DNA from: Eledone cirrhosa
Lineage: Eukaryota
Direction: 5' to 3'
Assembly (NCBI GenBank): GCA_964016885.1
Contig: OZ024751.1
Location: 36,022,001-36,086,000 of the forward strand
DNA length: 64,000 bases
Of this stretch, positions 43,054-57,040 are shown one piece after another. Made by a program: the position numbers and the translations under genes. The notes beneath the pieces were generated by a model. That model saw only the letters and a list, made by a program, of their open reading frames with translations. It did not search any database and had not been told where the DNA came from. The stretch's first letter is position 1. Every line of letters starts with the position of its first letter.

Positions 43054-43364
43054 CACACATACATGTGTATACATGTAAATACCTATATATATTTATATAT
43101 ACATATACATATATATATATGTGTGTGTATGTGAGCGCATGTTGGTGTTTATATATGCATATAGCATTAATGGCAACCCCCTCAACAACTTAATTTGATG
43201 GCTGATGCTTTGGTGCACTGATGAAGGCGAAGCAGGTGACGAGGGAATGTCCGGCCGCGCTAGTTACTCTACCATGTGAAATTTACCATTTCCACTGGCC
43301 TGTCCATTTACAACAGTTATGGACAGTACACCATTGCAGCTGCGGCTATAATTCGGACAGAATC

Positions 43365-43366
<2 letters not shown>

Positions 43367-43402
<36 letters not shown>

Positions 43403-43527
43403 ATCTATATATCATTTACATATACATATATCTTATACATATATTTATATATATATATCATATACATATATATATATCATATACATATATATATATATCA
43501 TATACATATATATATATATATATATCA

Positions 43528-43562
<35 letters not shown>

Positions 43563-43707
43563 TTATATATATATGTATATCATATATATATATGTATATC
43601 ACATTCACACATATATGATATATATATATATATCATATATATGTATGTATATATATTTCATATATAAATGTATATATATACGTTTATATATATATATCCC
43701 TCTCTAT

Positions 43708-43758
<51 letters not shown>

Positions 43759-43816
43759 GCATATATATATATGTATATATATATGCATATATATATATGC
43801 ATATATATATATATGC

Positions 43817-43868
<52 letters not shown>

Positions 43869-43885
43869 GTGTATATATATATATA

Positions 43886-43958
<73 letters not shown>

Positions 43959-43992
43959 GAAAAGTATATATATATATATATATATATGCATA

Positions 43993-44084
<92 letters not shown>

Positions 44085-44125
44085 TATATATATATGTATA
44101 TATATATATATATGCATATATATAC
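43367..44125. repeat. (TA)n array with TCAT and TGCA interruptions and a (TC)n insert
   Basis: Directly visible. Confidence 0.95.
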
Positions 44126-44481
44126 ACTAGCATATGCTTAGCTCACTGATTCAACGTCTGGAGCGGAAATATTTTCAGTTCGCTGAAGAAAGTCAGCGGC
44201 GCGTGAGAAGAATGTTGAGGAATGCAGAGTAGATTCAGTGATTACATAGAATTTTGGAAACACACTAGACAAACATAGACACACTGGACATATTCTGATA
44301 TTCAGCTAAACGTGCGAGTCTATCAAAATGTGTTTTTTGTTGTTGTTGTTTATATGTGGATTTAATTCTATAATAACAAAGAGTGGGATTACAAGGTCGT
44401 GAAGACTTGTCTATAGAAATCATCGATTCTCTGATTATTACCACTTTGCAACAAGAGAAGGCACTTTAAGAAGAAGCAGTG

Positions 44482-44585
<104 letters not shown>

Positions 44586-44944
44586 CGTTTTTGTGTTTGT
44601 TTTATTGGCAGCGTGACCCTCTCAAAAAAAAAAATATATATATCTGCCAAAATATATCCACGTCTGCTTAATGCTTAATGGCTGTTAAAATATATGTAGA
44701 TATCTTGTAATCTTGGCACAAAATATTGCGTGTAATCAGTAATCATGTTGGTTATGTTCAATTTATTAGCTGTGCCTAAATATATGTTGTATATAAAATA
44801 TACATGCACCAACAACTTAGTTTCGTAGACGAAAAGCAATTTCCTCATATATAATGTTCGCTAGAAATTGAATGTGCACATATGTATTTCTAGAGGCCTT
44901 CATGCCTAAGGTATCAGAAATTCCTATTTCAATATATACGAAGG

Positions 44945-45152
44945 AGTAAGGCAAGTGTTTGTAATTCATACGATGAAAGGTTTTGCAGTATTTAGTTACG
45001 ACGTTTATGATCTAAGTTAAAAAACCTGCCGGAGTCAAATTTGTTTTCAGCATTCCGAGGTCTATAAAATAAAGTACAGCTCAATAACTGGGGCCGATAT
45101 ATTCAAAGCCTCCTCACACGAAATTGCTATCCCTATGTCTGAATTAGAAATC
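44945..45152 (+). mobile_element. Highly diverged SINE family A long variant
   Basis: GATCTAAGTTAAAAAACCTGCCGGAGTCAA...CATTCCGAGGTCTATAAAATAAAGTAC...AAATTGCT...TTAGAAA. Confidence 0.6.
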
Positions 45153-45481
45153 GATATATACGATGGAGTAATATATCTAGACGTCTTTTGACTTCTCCTT
45201 TATCTCTGTTTTATCTAAATATCTTCTGCACACTGCAGACTGGGAATTGGCAGATTCGTCAGACGTCGGTTGTTCCTATATTTCTCTGTCTCAATTCCCC
45301 TCGTATTCTCTTTCCCTGGAATCAATCAGTTACGGTCAGACCCGGAGAAGGATAGTATCCAACTCGTTTAAAATGCCCAAGTCACACCTGTATGTCTACA
45401 ACACCATCAGGTATTATATGTCCATGTGTATATACATTTTGGAATAATATTTTGAACATGCAGCATGATACGAATACGTGA

Positions 45482-45579
45482 GGGTCATGCTTTTTCCTAT
45501 TACCCACTCTACTACCCTAAGTATTGAGTACTCTGGTGCGTTATGGTCCATCTGGTTCCTTACCACAACTCCTTCGTTA
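45482..45579 (+). mobile_element. Family H tail-only copy
   Basis: Nearly identical to 53466-53562; ends at (TA)n. Confidence 0.85.
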
Positions 45580-46499
45580 TATATATATATGTGTGTGTTT
45601 GTGAGGGTGTGTGTGTATATATTATCAATTAGTAAATTATGTTTATTTGTATTAGGGTATGTCTTTCTTTATATCTATCCCCCCTCTCTTTGCTGTTAGC
45701 CATTTTGATATATACCAGATCCAGAGAACATGCCTCTAATCAAATTCCGTTTTGTTTATCACATGAATTGTTAGACACATATTTTGAAATTCAGTCATAA
45801 TAAATTATTTCTCATTATTTCAAACGGAAAGCCAGCTGCAGCGTTTGCAGTCAACAAAACAGGTTTAGAAATATAAAACAAAGCTACAATATGTTCTCGC
45901 TGTTTCTATTACAATAAACAAATATAACAAGTAAACACTATATTTTTCTAACTCCAAATATTTGAAACAATAGATCGATGCTCCGTAGCCGATTGTATTA
46001 AACCTAATACAAATAATTGACGTTTGAATTCATAACTGCTTTTCTCACAGTGCGCTTACTAATATAATAGGAATGTATTATTTATAATAATTTATTATAT
46101 GAACAATTGCCAGGTGGAAAATTTATCGTAAAAAAGAAATATATATAGAATTAACAAATTATTCTGTTTATTCAAATACACAGGTTTGGCCATATTCAGC
46201 TGATTAAAAAGAATGAAATTATAGTGATATATAACTTTATTCTAACAGTAAAACATATGTAATTTATATAGGTTATATATATATAGTTATTTTATATATA
46301 TATAGTTATATTAAATGATCGACATACTGCCTGTGTGCAAACACATTGTTTCTGTAGTCAGTAAACTATTTAAGGTCCCCTCTGTATATTAGTTTGAAGT
46401 TATTGGATTAAATTGCTTGAAACGTGAGCAGGGATGGATTGGTCAAAATGGCTGATAGTTTTTTGTGTATTAATAGAGAGGTATATGAAGGTCTGTGAA

Positions 46500-46782
46500 A
46501 GCGCGTGGCTTTGTGGTTAGAGCGTTAGGCTAAAAATCGTCAGATTGTTAGTTGGATTTCCGGACTGGGGAAGGAATGTATTGCGTCCTTGAACAAGACA
46601 CTTTATTTCAGATTGTTCAGTTCCCGTAGCTGGATAAATGACGGCAACACAACTGGTATCAAGTGTTATTGCCCTTTTGCTTTACCCTTGGAACAAATCA
46701 GTGACATGGTGGATAATAGTCATGATGGGTGACTGCTGGCCTCCCACAAAATCAACTAGCCCGGGTTGTATCTCAGAGAAAG
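46500..46782 (+). mobile_element. tRNA-derived SINE family B
   Basis: A box TGGCTTTGTGG, B-box-like AGTTGGATTTC; colinear with the reverse complement of 62410-62738. Confidence 0.75.
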
Positions 46783-48030
46783 AGAGAAAAAGAGAAATAG
46801 GGAAAGAATCGACTCCAGTACTTGACTGGTACTTTTCTATCCGTTATAATACAAATTTGCCTTACGAAGTCAATATCATATATCCGATTTATATTGGAAG
46901 TAAATATATAACGTAATATTTAAAAGAGCTGAAACATATTTCGAGATAGAAAGTAGCTGTGTTCCTATCATGTTAATATACCTAACCCATTATAAAGAGC
47001 TGCCAGGTTTCGGTTTTTGACAAGTATCTATTTTTTCTTTTATTGAGAAATTAATGTTTTACACGTCTATTGTGATTGTTATATTAGTTTGTAAGTACAA
47101 CGTTCTCACCGAACATCATTCACGTTATATTTTATATACACGCATCTGGGAGGGGAATATATACATATAAATGTGAAATTGTGCATAAAAATATTCCATA
47201 TATACCATCAGCAAGAATTGTGTTGCATCCTGACATGTATGGAATAACAACAATCCATTGCATCATTCTTGGAGTGATTTTGTTTTTTGCTACTCTCCAG
47301 GGTAGATTTATTTCCTTATTTCTAAAGTTTCTCTCACCTACGCACATGATATTTGGACACATATTAAATCACCTTATTTTAGAATTCCTTAGAAACTTTT
47401 TCTCAATAGCAATACTCGTTATTTCTGAACACACATTTTTTCTCAAACTCAAACTAACAAAATGCAGCAGCCACTGCAGTAAAAATAACAAAACAAAAAT
47501 CCCAACAAAATTATTTAATGTGTAGCCATCTTTGACACGCGATGTAACAACAAAATTCACATCTCAAACATATTCGTTAAATATAACTACAACTAAAAAC
47601 ACACAAATAAATAGAAGGAAACTACGTAGCAAAGACACAAATATTTATGATTACATAACCACACTAACAACTACTATTACATAACCACACTAACAACTTC
47701 TATTACATAACCACACCAACAACTTCTATTACAAACAACGAAACCGGATTCATCAGTTATATTTTTCTTACACCATGCTGGCATTGTCGTTGACAATATA
47801 ACTTCCGTTAAGAAAAGAAGTGCACCATCATTTTTTGTTGTTTGCCTGGTTGTTTTTGTGTAAATTATCTTTTCGAATCTTTTCTTCTGTTTTAAATGAA
47901 TGATTTGCATGAGGCAAGCTACTGGCCAGGAGTCTGTGCCAAATGAGGCGTCAAAACAATAAACTTCATCACTGTGACAGCTGCTGAGAACCTGGTTTCC
48001 AGTATTGAAAGTCAACGAAATAACCCATCA

Positions 48031-48605
48031 GCATCGCCGCCGCCGCCACCATCGCTGCCACCACCACCACCACCACCACCAAGGCCTCTGTTAACACCAA
48101 CACCATCAATATCAACACCAACACCATCAATATCACAACCAACACCACAAACACCACCAACAACATGTCCTCTACTAATACCACCACCATCAATATCACC
48201 ATCACTACAACCATTAATTTCAACAACCACCACCAACACCACCCCCTCAACTAACACCACAACCAAAAACTACCACCACCACCACCACCCCCTCAACTAA
48301 CACCACCACCACCACCATCAAGGCCTCTACTAACACCACCACCGTCAATATCACAACCAACACCAACACCACCACCACCCCCTCAACTAACACCACCACC
48401 AACACCAACACCACCACCACCCCCTCAACTAACACCACAACCAACACCACCACCACCACCATCAAGGCCTCTACTAACACCCCCGCCATCAATATATATA
48501 TATACACTGGTATGCTTTAAACAGTTCATAGAACTCTATTACATTTTCTACCACCACCACCACCACCACCGCCGCCGCTGCTGCTGCTACTACTACTACT
48601 ACTAT

Positions 48606-48682
<77 letters not shown>

Positions 48683-48690
48683 ACATCACC
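48031..48690. repeat. ACC-rich minisatellite (CACCACCCCCTCAACTAACACCAC units), then (ACC)(GCC)(GCT)(ACT)n
   Basis: Directly visible; source of the Pro/Thr-, Val- and Gly-rich ORFs. Confidence 0.9.
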
Positions 48691-50384
48691 AACAACAAAA
48701 GCCACGCCACCATCTCTGGCATTCTTCTACTCACATATTCTCGAAATTCAAGGTGAATACCAATTTGTTTAAGGTCATCTCTGCTACCGAAATTTATGTG
48801 GCGAACCAAGAGACTTTAATTAATGAAAACTACACCTTTGTTTAGTGAGGATAAAGAATTATTAGCTTAATTATTAATTCTGGCCAAGACAAGGAGAGAA
48901 ACCCCGAAATTTTAATTTAATTAATTAGAATAAAATTAATTAAAAATAAAATATAGGCCAGGACGTGTGGGGTGAATCACTACGAAATGGTATAGTACCA
49001 ACTATACAAATCACAGTCAACAAATACTTAAAATTAAAACGTGACAGAGTTCAAATTAATTAACCATTTTAATCTTTACTCTACTGCAATTTACGTGACA
49101 AATTTTAAATAACATTTAAACATTTTTTTCTATTCTAATTGTTATTGGTTAGAAATATTTCGGTCGTATTCGGGTTATGAAACTCAAATCATTTAGAATA
49201 TGAGGAACTATATTGGCAAAGGTTTCCATCCTTTTGTATAAAAACATTGTATCCAGTTGAGCTTCTACTTAGAAGCATAGTCCTTAGGTTTATTCTTTTT
49301 GTTGATAAAATACACTGAGAACAGAATGTTCACAAGTTGTTTTCACATATTATTCTCATCTGAAGAAAGATAGAATCTTTTATCTTTACATAACTCACAA
49401 CAGAATCTAAATCATGCAGACAATTTTAATATATTAGATCAATCAATATCAGTGAGGTTCGCGTAACTGATGTTGCCAGATGTTGAGGGGAAAAACTGAA
49501 GAAGTTTAACTGTGTGTCTGTCATGGTGAGCCTTAGAAATACTTGGCAGTGTTAATCTCCTGGCCATACGTCTAGTACCTCAGTAAGTTTAGCTTGATAG
49601 TAGAAATTGTTAACGGTTTGTGGCTGAAAAATGTCCCGGGATCAGAAATAAGTATCAGGTGAGAAACAATGTATTCCTTTGTTCCTAAGGATATTGCTAC
49701 CACACGTCAAGGTATTATCTGTATCCATATAATTTAGTTTTGATATAATATTTCTTTAAATTTTACAGCTAACAGGGTTTTAAAATTTAAACCATTCTTA
49801 GCTGTATATCCAGTATTACAGTACTGTTCTTCAATTTATTCTCCTAATATAAAATAATTAGATTCATTTCAATAATTTCACCGTTTAAATGTCTCATTAT
49901 TTAGAAAGTCTTATAAAGATATAAAACTTCATTCTAATTCTGGCCAGTCGAATGTAGAAAGAAAATTACGTCAATCAAAGAAGTATTTCGACACCAGCTG
50001 TTGTTCTCAGACTATCCAATTCTCTGATGAATGTTTTGACTATCAGATACTATTTTCTACGTTTTGTGTCTTCATTTCGTCATACGACATTACATTATAC
50101 TAATCCCAGGTGTCACAAACTTTGTCATTTTTATCACGTCAAAGGACTCTAAATTTCCTTTCTATTTCTGAACGATTTCTCTGTTTCATATTAAATTAAC
50201 AACTATATTTTAGATGCTAGCTACACGTTGATATATCACCATTAAACCATATCACTATGTTCTTTAAAGACATATTCACTTAGCAATATCAATTAATTCA
50301 TCAAAGTCCATAAAGTTTGTTTTTCTAGTCTAAAGATACGTGTGTTAGTCAAAGTGTTGCTTGGAATACAGCAACTAATTTACA

Positions 50385-50587
50385 GCTTTAATGCTGATCC
50401 AGGAGTCGACACCGAGCAAGATGGTTGGATAAAATCCACGAGTTTGGTTGATATCGTTCGGGCATACAGCTAAATCTATTGGAAACAGTTGCTTCTGACA
50501 GGACCCGCTAGAAAACGTGGTTGAAGACTCTGACCCATTAAAGAAGAAGAAGACGAAGGCGAAGAAGAACATGGTGAAGAAGAAGAT
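50385..50587 (+). mobile_element. 3' end of an RTE-clade LINE with (GAA)n tail
   Basis: From 50404: SRHRARWLDKIHEFG*YRSGIQLNLLETVASDRTR*KTWLKTLTH*, matching the GRPR.RW.D ... A.DR..W terminus; homologous to 63720-63907. Confidence 0.7.
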
Positions 50588-50589
50588 TA

Positions 50590-50735
50590 AATAATTGTTT
50601 CTAATTTTGGCACAAGACCTGCAATTATCGCAGTGTATTACTGGTGCTTTATTTTATCGATCCCTTAAGGATGAAAGGCAAAGTTAACCTCTGCGGGATT
50701 TGAACTCAGACCATAAAGGGCCGTAACTCTTTGCT
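50590..50735 (-). mobile_element. SINE family A, 5'-truncated
   Basis: Family match. Confidence 0.88.
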
Positions 50736-51542
50736 ATAAGAAAACCTGCTCAATCCGAATGGAGGAGGAGATCTATGCTAAATGTCAGTTGAAACATTTA
50801 GATGCACGGTATAAATATTCTTGGAATACAATGTCACACATCTATCACATTGACGACAAGGTTATACAGCAAAATATAATTCTTATACTTTTGAAATGGA
50901 TTCTTATAAAATACAATTATCTATCTCTCATCGTAAAATAAAAATAATAGAAAAACTAAAAAAAAATTTTGAAATTCAATTCAATGAGTGAGATAAAAAA
51001 AATATTCAGAAAAATGGTGCAATGCCACATTTAAGTGATAAATCATTTTTATACTTCAACTGCTCTGAAATGTGTTAAATTATAAATATAGTTTTCGAAG
51101 TGTATTTCTGGTATTTTTTTCGTATTCTCAGAGGCAAAAGCGAAGAAAATCTAACACTTTATATTCTTCTGAGCGGCAAAGCAAGGAGAGATACAAGGAA
51201 AAACACCAGGTGTCTCCATCGGTTTAAATTTTTACACATGAATAACGGCATATTTACAGCATTTAGTTTCATTTATGTTTGGAAATGAAAAAAAAGGTTA
51301 TGTACTTTTCAAAATATTTTGAATTTTCTCACTTATGCAAGTCTGCAAATGCTTACAAATTCTCTACACGTCTTTATAAATGCAGATACGTGGAAATTTA
51401 GTTTCTTTAGAAAACCGAAATGAAAATTACGATCATAGAAACATGAGGATATACGCGTACAGAAAGATAAGCCCCAATACAAACACAAACACACATACAC
51501 TCTTTCTCTCTCTCTCTGTTATATATGTATATATGTATATAT

Positions 51543-51845
51543 ATTTAAATTGTTGGGATACAACAAGCAAATATTTTTGTAACTGATATAAAGCACTCAA
51601 CAAATAATTGGAGTAAAAATACGATATTAACAAATGGAAACTATGTTTATAAAACCATATTTATTTCATTATACATATTTCAAGGACACCAAGCTAACTT
51701 ATGGCGTGCTTTCATCAGATAAAATATAATATAGAGCAGTTTTATAAATAAATATTGACATACCCTTAAAGAATGCAACCATTACTGTTGGAAGCTCCCG
51801 GGAGCTTCCAACAGTAATGGTTGCATTCTTTAAGGGTATGTCAAT
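51543..51845 (-). mobile_element. Family P2 module: perfect 92-bp palindrome at the 5' end, HHR, tail ending at TA
   Basis: Palindrome 51754-51845 centred on CCC|GGG with no spacer; tail homologous to 40590-40735. Confidence 0.8.
51662..51726 (-). ncRNA. Hammerhead motif, C.C class
   Basis: Minus strand reads TATTTTAT-CTGATGA-A-AG-C-ACGCCA-loop-TGGTGT-C-CT-T-GAAA-T-atgt-A-TA-ATGAAATA. Confidence 0.78.
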
Positions 51846-52158
51846 GGAATACGCAACCATTTACACAGGTTAATTTAAGAATTAGCCGTTCAATTTATAG
51901 AACGATTGAATTGCTCATCGTTGAATCTGACGGAGAATCTATTCATTTTTTTCCCATGAAGAACAATTCTATGGCTCCAAGAGAGAATGTAGTGGTGGCG
52001 TATGTGTCAAAGACACAAAGAATCCGTATTGTATTTCGTATTCTTAAATCTGATTGAGTGAAGACATTCCAACTTCTTTTTCCTCATTTCAGTTTGGATG
52101 TCATGAAGGTGGATTACATTGCTATAACCCCATGGAGGATAGTGGTTACGTAAGGGAT

Positions 52159-52178
52159 ACTACTACTACTACTATTAA

Positions 52179-52267
<89 letters not shown>

Positions 52268-52268
52268 A

Positions 52269-52301
<33 letters not shown>

Positions 52302-52399
52302 CAATAATAATAATGATATTATGATAATGATAAAAATGACGATAATAATTAAAAATATTAACGCAAATAATAAAATAAATAAAACTAATGTTTTTAATG

Positions 52400-52443
<44 letters not shown>
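52159..52443. repeat. (ACT)n and (AAT)n trinucleotide repeats
   Basis: Directly visible. Confidence 0.95.
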
Positions 52444-52444
<1 letters not shown>

Positions 52445-53161
52445 TTAATAAGAATAATTACCTCAAGATTTTAGGAGATAATCAAGAGGGTGGTGTTAAT
52501 TAACTTCACTCAAAGAGACACCATCAATTGAAATCAATGGGTTCATCGTTAATGAAGATCAACAATTGTGATTTTCATTATGAAGGAAAAAAATCTTAAA
52601 TTTCAAAATTCCCTTTTCGGAAGTCGTTGTTGTTGTCTATTGACAATGTGAAGTGTATTTCCGTTAAAATCAAAGCAGTTTAGGCAGCCATCCATCACTG
52701 CCAAGGCTAGATAAAGGAGACGATAGTTTAGTCATATGTTGGCATAGAATTCCATAATTTTTCTGATTCATTTTAAGTAACTTCGAGTCAGGTTTTAGTA
52801 AATTTTAGAAATGTGAACTTCAACTTGTGTTATATCTTGCAGTAGTTGTAGAATATTTGTGGAGGGCTGAGGTTATATAAGTTGGAGGTAAAGATATACC
52901 TGTATTATCTAGTGTTTTCAGTTAGGGTTGACGTAGTATTGCATAGTATGTGTGGTGTTTTGTGGGAGATCGGCAGTTAACCACACATGACGGTAATCAA
53001 TGTGCATGTCGTTGATGTTGTCCAAGGCAAAAGTAGATGGCACTTGGAAGATTCACTCCCACACGGGACGCAAGACCAGCACAGGGCTAGCTTGCAGCTG
53101 TAACTCATTTTGTTTCAGCTGAGTACAATGCCAGGAAAAGGAATTATTGCATATCCCAAAG

Positions 53162-53196
<35 letters not shown>

Positions 53197-53360
53197 CAAA
53201 TTTGATTAAATTGACAAATTAATATATAACTCCGTTCCTACACAACGACGGATAAGTTGCGTACGTAGAGTGCTTTCCTACAATTACATGACAGTTCACT
53301 AGACGGAATGACCAGTTCTATCCATTGATGAACAAAACTTAAATGAATATATATATATAT

Positions 53361-53559
53361 ATAGGAACAAGTATGACACCCGACGGCAGAGCTCAAGCCG
53401 TTTCGACGGTTAATTCTGGACGAGTCCAGAATTAGCCGTAGAAACGGCTTGAGCTCTGCTGTCGGGGTCATACTTGTTCCTATTACCCACTTTACTACCC
53501 TAAGTATTGAGTACTTTGGTGCGTTATGGTCCATCTGGTTCCTTACCACATTTCCTTCG

Positions 53560-53562
<3 letters not shown>
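53361..53562 (+). mobile_element. Family H copy 3
   Basis: ~60-bp arms at 53361-53421/53424-53483 plus 79-nt tail; in (TA)n. Confidence 0.88.
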
Positions 53563-53618
<56 letters not shown>

Positions 53619-53978
53619 AATGTATATATATATATAAATATTTATATTTATTTGTGTCTGTTTATAAATATACATATGTATATATACAGACATATATAAT
53701 TCTATATATATAAACATACAGCGAAATAATGCTTATACACAATCAAATGCATTCAAAGATGTGCGCGCGCGTGTGTGTGCGTATGTTAGAGTATGGGTGT
53801 GAATATGCGCATGTATCATATCTAATATACTATGGTCCAAAACTATTGCATGTATTCCGAAGTCTAACTTCAAATCTGATAAGATTCGTTCGGCCACTTG
53901 AGTGTAAAGTAAAAATATACATATACACACACATATATATATATATATACACATGCATACACACACAAATATCCCCCA

Positions 53979-54033
<55 letters not shown>

Positions 54034-54298
54034 AGTTCTAAAGTAACATTACACTATACTTCTTTTATCCTTTGATGAATCATGCCAGTGATTTTATTTA
54101 GAAAAGCCATTAGCAAATTTGAGTTTTTGAAGTAAAAATAAAGCAAGAGAAAACAAGAAAAAGCAGCAAAAATGTAGCAATATAGTAAGATGTTCTGATA
54201 AAGCCACAACACAACGAGAAACTTATACCATCGATAGCAATACTTTCTTATCGTTTTGTGTTTATATTTATTTAGTTTTTGCTTTCAATTGATCAATG

Positions 54299-54448
54299 AT
54301 GCGTATGGTGAAACAAAATATGCACACAGAATCTGTTGTGTATATAGTATATATATATATACATATATATATATGTTTGTGTATATGTATATATATATAT
54401 ATACTATATGCACTGCAGATTGTGTGTGCATATTTTGCTCTCACCGTA

Positions 54449-54453
<5 letters not shown>
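54299..54453. repeat. Imperfect inverted repeat whose arms run into a central TA tract (MITE-like or fold-back)
   Basis: ATGCGTATGGTGAAA-CAAAATATGCACACAGAATCTGTTGTGTATATAGTA versus reverse complement ATGCGTACGGTGAGAGCAAAATATGCACACACAATCTGCAGTGCATATAGTA. Confidence 0.75.
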
Positions 54454-54501
<48 letters not shown>

Positions 54502-55259
54502 GTGCAAAAAAATAACAAAATAATACAATAAAAAAATTTATCCGATCAATTTTACAAAAAAGAAAAAAAAATCGTTTTGTTGTTTAAATTAAGATTTAAT
54601 CTTGGTTTGAATTTTGAATTTTTATAAAATATTTTTTGAAGTTTATTTAGGCAAAGAATTGTTATTTGCCAACACATCCAATTTTAATATTTAGCTGTTG
54701 CAGGAGACATTGAGGTATTTTTTTCATTTTTATAATCTCAAAGATTATTAACGATTCACGCAGCAAATTAACATTTTGACATTTTGATTTTAGGAGATAG
54801 ATAGACAGATAGATAGATAGCTAGATAGCTAGATAGTATATACATGCATACATGTACACACATATATATGCATGTATATATATATATATATAAACACACA
54901 CACATATATATATATATATACATACATATACATACCTATATATAATATATAAGTATAAACACATGTATATATACATACATATACATACCTATATATAATA
55001 TATAAATATAAAAACATACATATATATACATATACATACCTATATATAATATGTAAATATAAACACATATGTATATATACATACATATATATATACCTAT
55101 ATCATATATAAATATAAACACACACATATATATATATATACATGTGCATACCTATATATAATATGTAAATATAAACACATATGTATATATACATATACAT
55201 AGCTATATATATATATAATATGTAAATATAAACACATATGTATATATACATATACATAG

Positions 55260-55372
<113 letters not shown>

Positions 55373-56322
55373 TTATTTATATATATATAAATATAAACAC
55401 ATCTTTATATATATTTGTACATCAAACGCACACATCTCCTCCACATATACACACAAACTCATATATATATATATACAAACATGACATGTAGAAATCCCAA
55501 TTAAAAACATTAACCAGGATTAAGAGTCGTAATTAACAGATTGCCAGCATTATCACAGCGCATGATGTTATCTTTGTATCTTAAAAATGAATATTATCAC
55601 TTTCTTCCTCCTCTTTGCTCAATCAGATATCCTTGCTATCACATATAAATGATAACAGAATAATTGTTAACGCTTGTTAATGAAACGAAGTGACTTCATT
55701 GAAACACATGAGTATTTTAAATAGCTATTACTGGGTTTTACATCATCTAGTTTCACTGTTATTTATCTTAATTCAATGCCGACCATCTCTGATAGAAATC
55801 GATACATGATGCCACGTTGGAATCCGAAGAAATACTCTAATATGGGATCGCTGATTGGCATCAATTTAATGGTCCCTCATTTAAATCCAAATGATAGGCT
55901 AGTGATTTCTATCAATGAATTTTCTACAATTGTAATGGTAGCTGTAATGTATTATTAACACTAATCAATTGCAATGCCATCCTTATGTAACAGCAGTTAG
56001 TATTCTCCAATTTACAGACAGTCTTCCTAATAACGAAATTTTCTACTGGGAAGCAGAAATCAATTAATGCGATAATATTATCGATTAATTGAATTGAACA
56101 ACATTATTCCATTAATCGATAAAAACTTTGTGAAAAGTTTGGATTTTCGCAATGATGTAAAAATATCCGTTAGCAACAATTATGAAGTTATTGGCTTCAG
56201 GATATATCACTTACGTAGGACCTTTCAGTGAAATTTAAATTAGATGTTTGTATGGGTCCACAGTTGCCTTAACTCTTGATTAAGTTAATCCATCTCTTGA
56301 TGGGAACATCAGATTTCGTCAG

Positions 56323-56394
<72 letters not shown>

Positions 56395-56399
56395 GAAGA

Positions 56400-56545
56400 A
56401 TCGATAACAGTATTGGACTGGTATTTTACTTATAGACTTCGAAACGATGAAAGGAAAAGTTGATTTCAATGGGATTTTAATTTAAGGCGCAGAGACCCGA
56501 ATCTATTAACGTAAATCTTTCCACCCGACGTTATAACGAGTCTTT
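56400..56545 (-). mobile_element. Highly diverged SINE family A
   Basis: GACTGGTATTTTACTTATAGACTTCGAAACGATGAAAGGAAAAGTTGA...GGGATTT. Confidence 0.55.
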
Positions 56546-56856
56546 ACATTTCAAATTTGTAAAGTCTAAATAATAATTATATGTTTCTAATGTTCATTGC
56601 AGAGGACGTATTAATGACACATTAAAATAATTTTACTGTCAACATTTAATCGTCGTGTATTTGAAAGCCATGTAGCAACCTACACAATAGTGGAGAGCGC
56701 ACTTAGTAGAAAGGAAATTAACGTGATTATGTTGTTGATGATGAGGAGGATAGCAACAAAAGATCGGCTGTCCTTCAAATAGCATCATATCATACTTCGG
56801 TTTGATATTCCCACTGGAGATACTATCTGTCGCTTGGAACCTCTGTTAAAACTAAT

Positions 56857-57040
56857 TGTTTCTACTGTAGGCACAAGGCCAGCAATTACCCAGTGCATTA
56901 CTGGTACTTTGTTTTATCGACCCCGTCAGGATGAAAGGCAAAGTCAACCTCGGCGGGATTTGAACTCAGATCGTAAAGGGACGTAACTATGCTGGAAAGC
57001 ATGGCGTCCGACCCTCTACCGATACTGCCAATCCACCGCC
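56857..57040 (-). mobile_element. SINE family A, full length, 14-bp TSD
   Basis: About 3 differences from 41456-41640; TSD CTGTTAAAACTAAT at 56843-56856 and 57041-57054. Confidence 0.96.

Noticed and set aside
45239-45410. Possible plus-strand exon (CTGCAG|...CAG|GTATTA)
   Set aside because: Weak donor, no recognisable peptide, and it lies between repeat fragments.
47974-48300. Pro/Thr-rich 108-aa ORF resembling a mucin or extensin
   Set aside because: Explained by the ACC-rich minisatellite; non-ATG start and no supporting gene structure.
52054-52503. 149-aa ORF with poly-Thr and poly-Asn
   Set aside because: Driven by (ACT)n/(AAT)n repeats; flanking residues match nothing I recognise.
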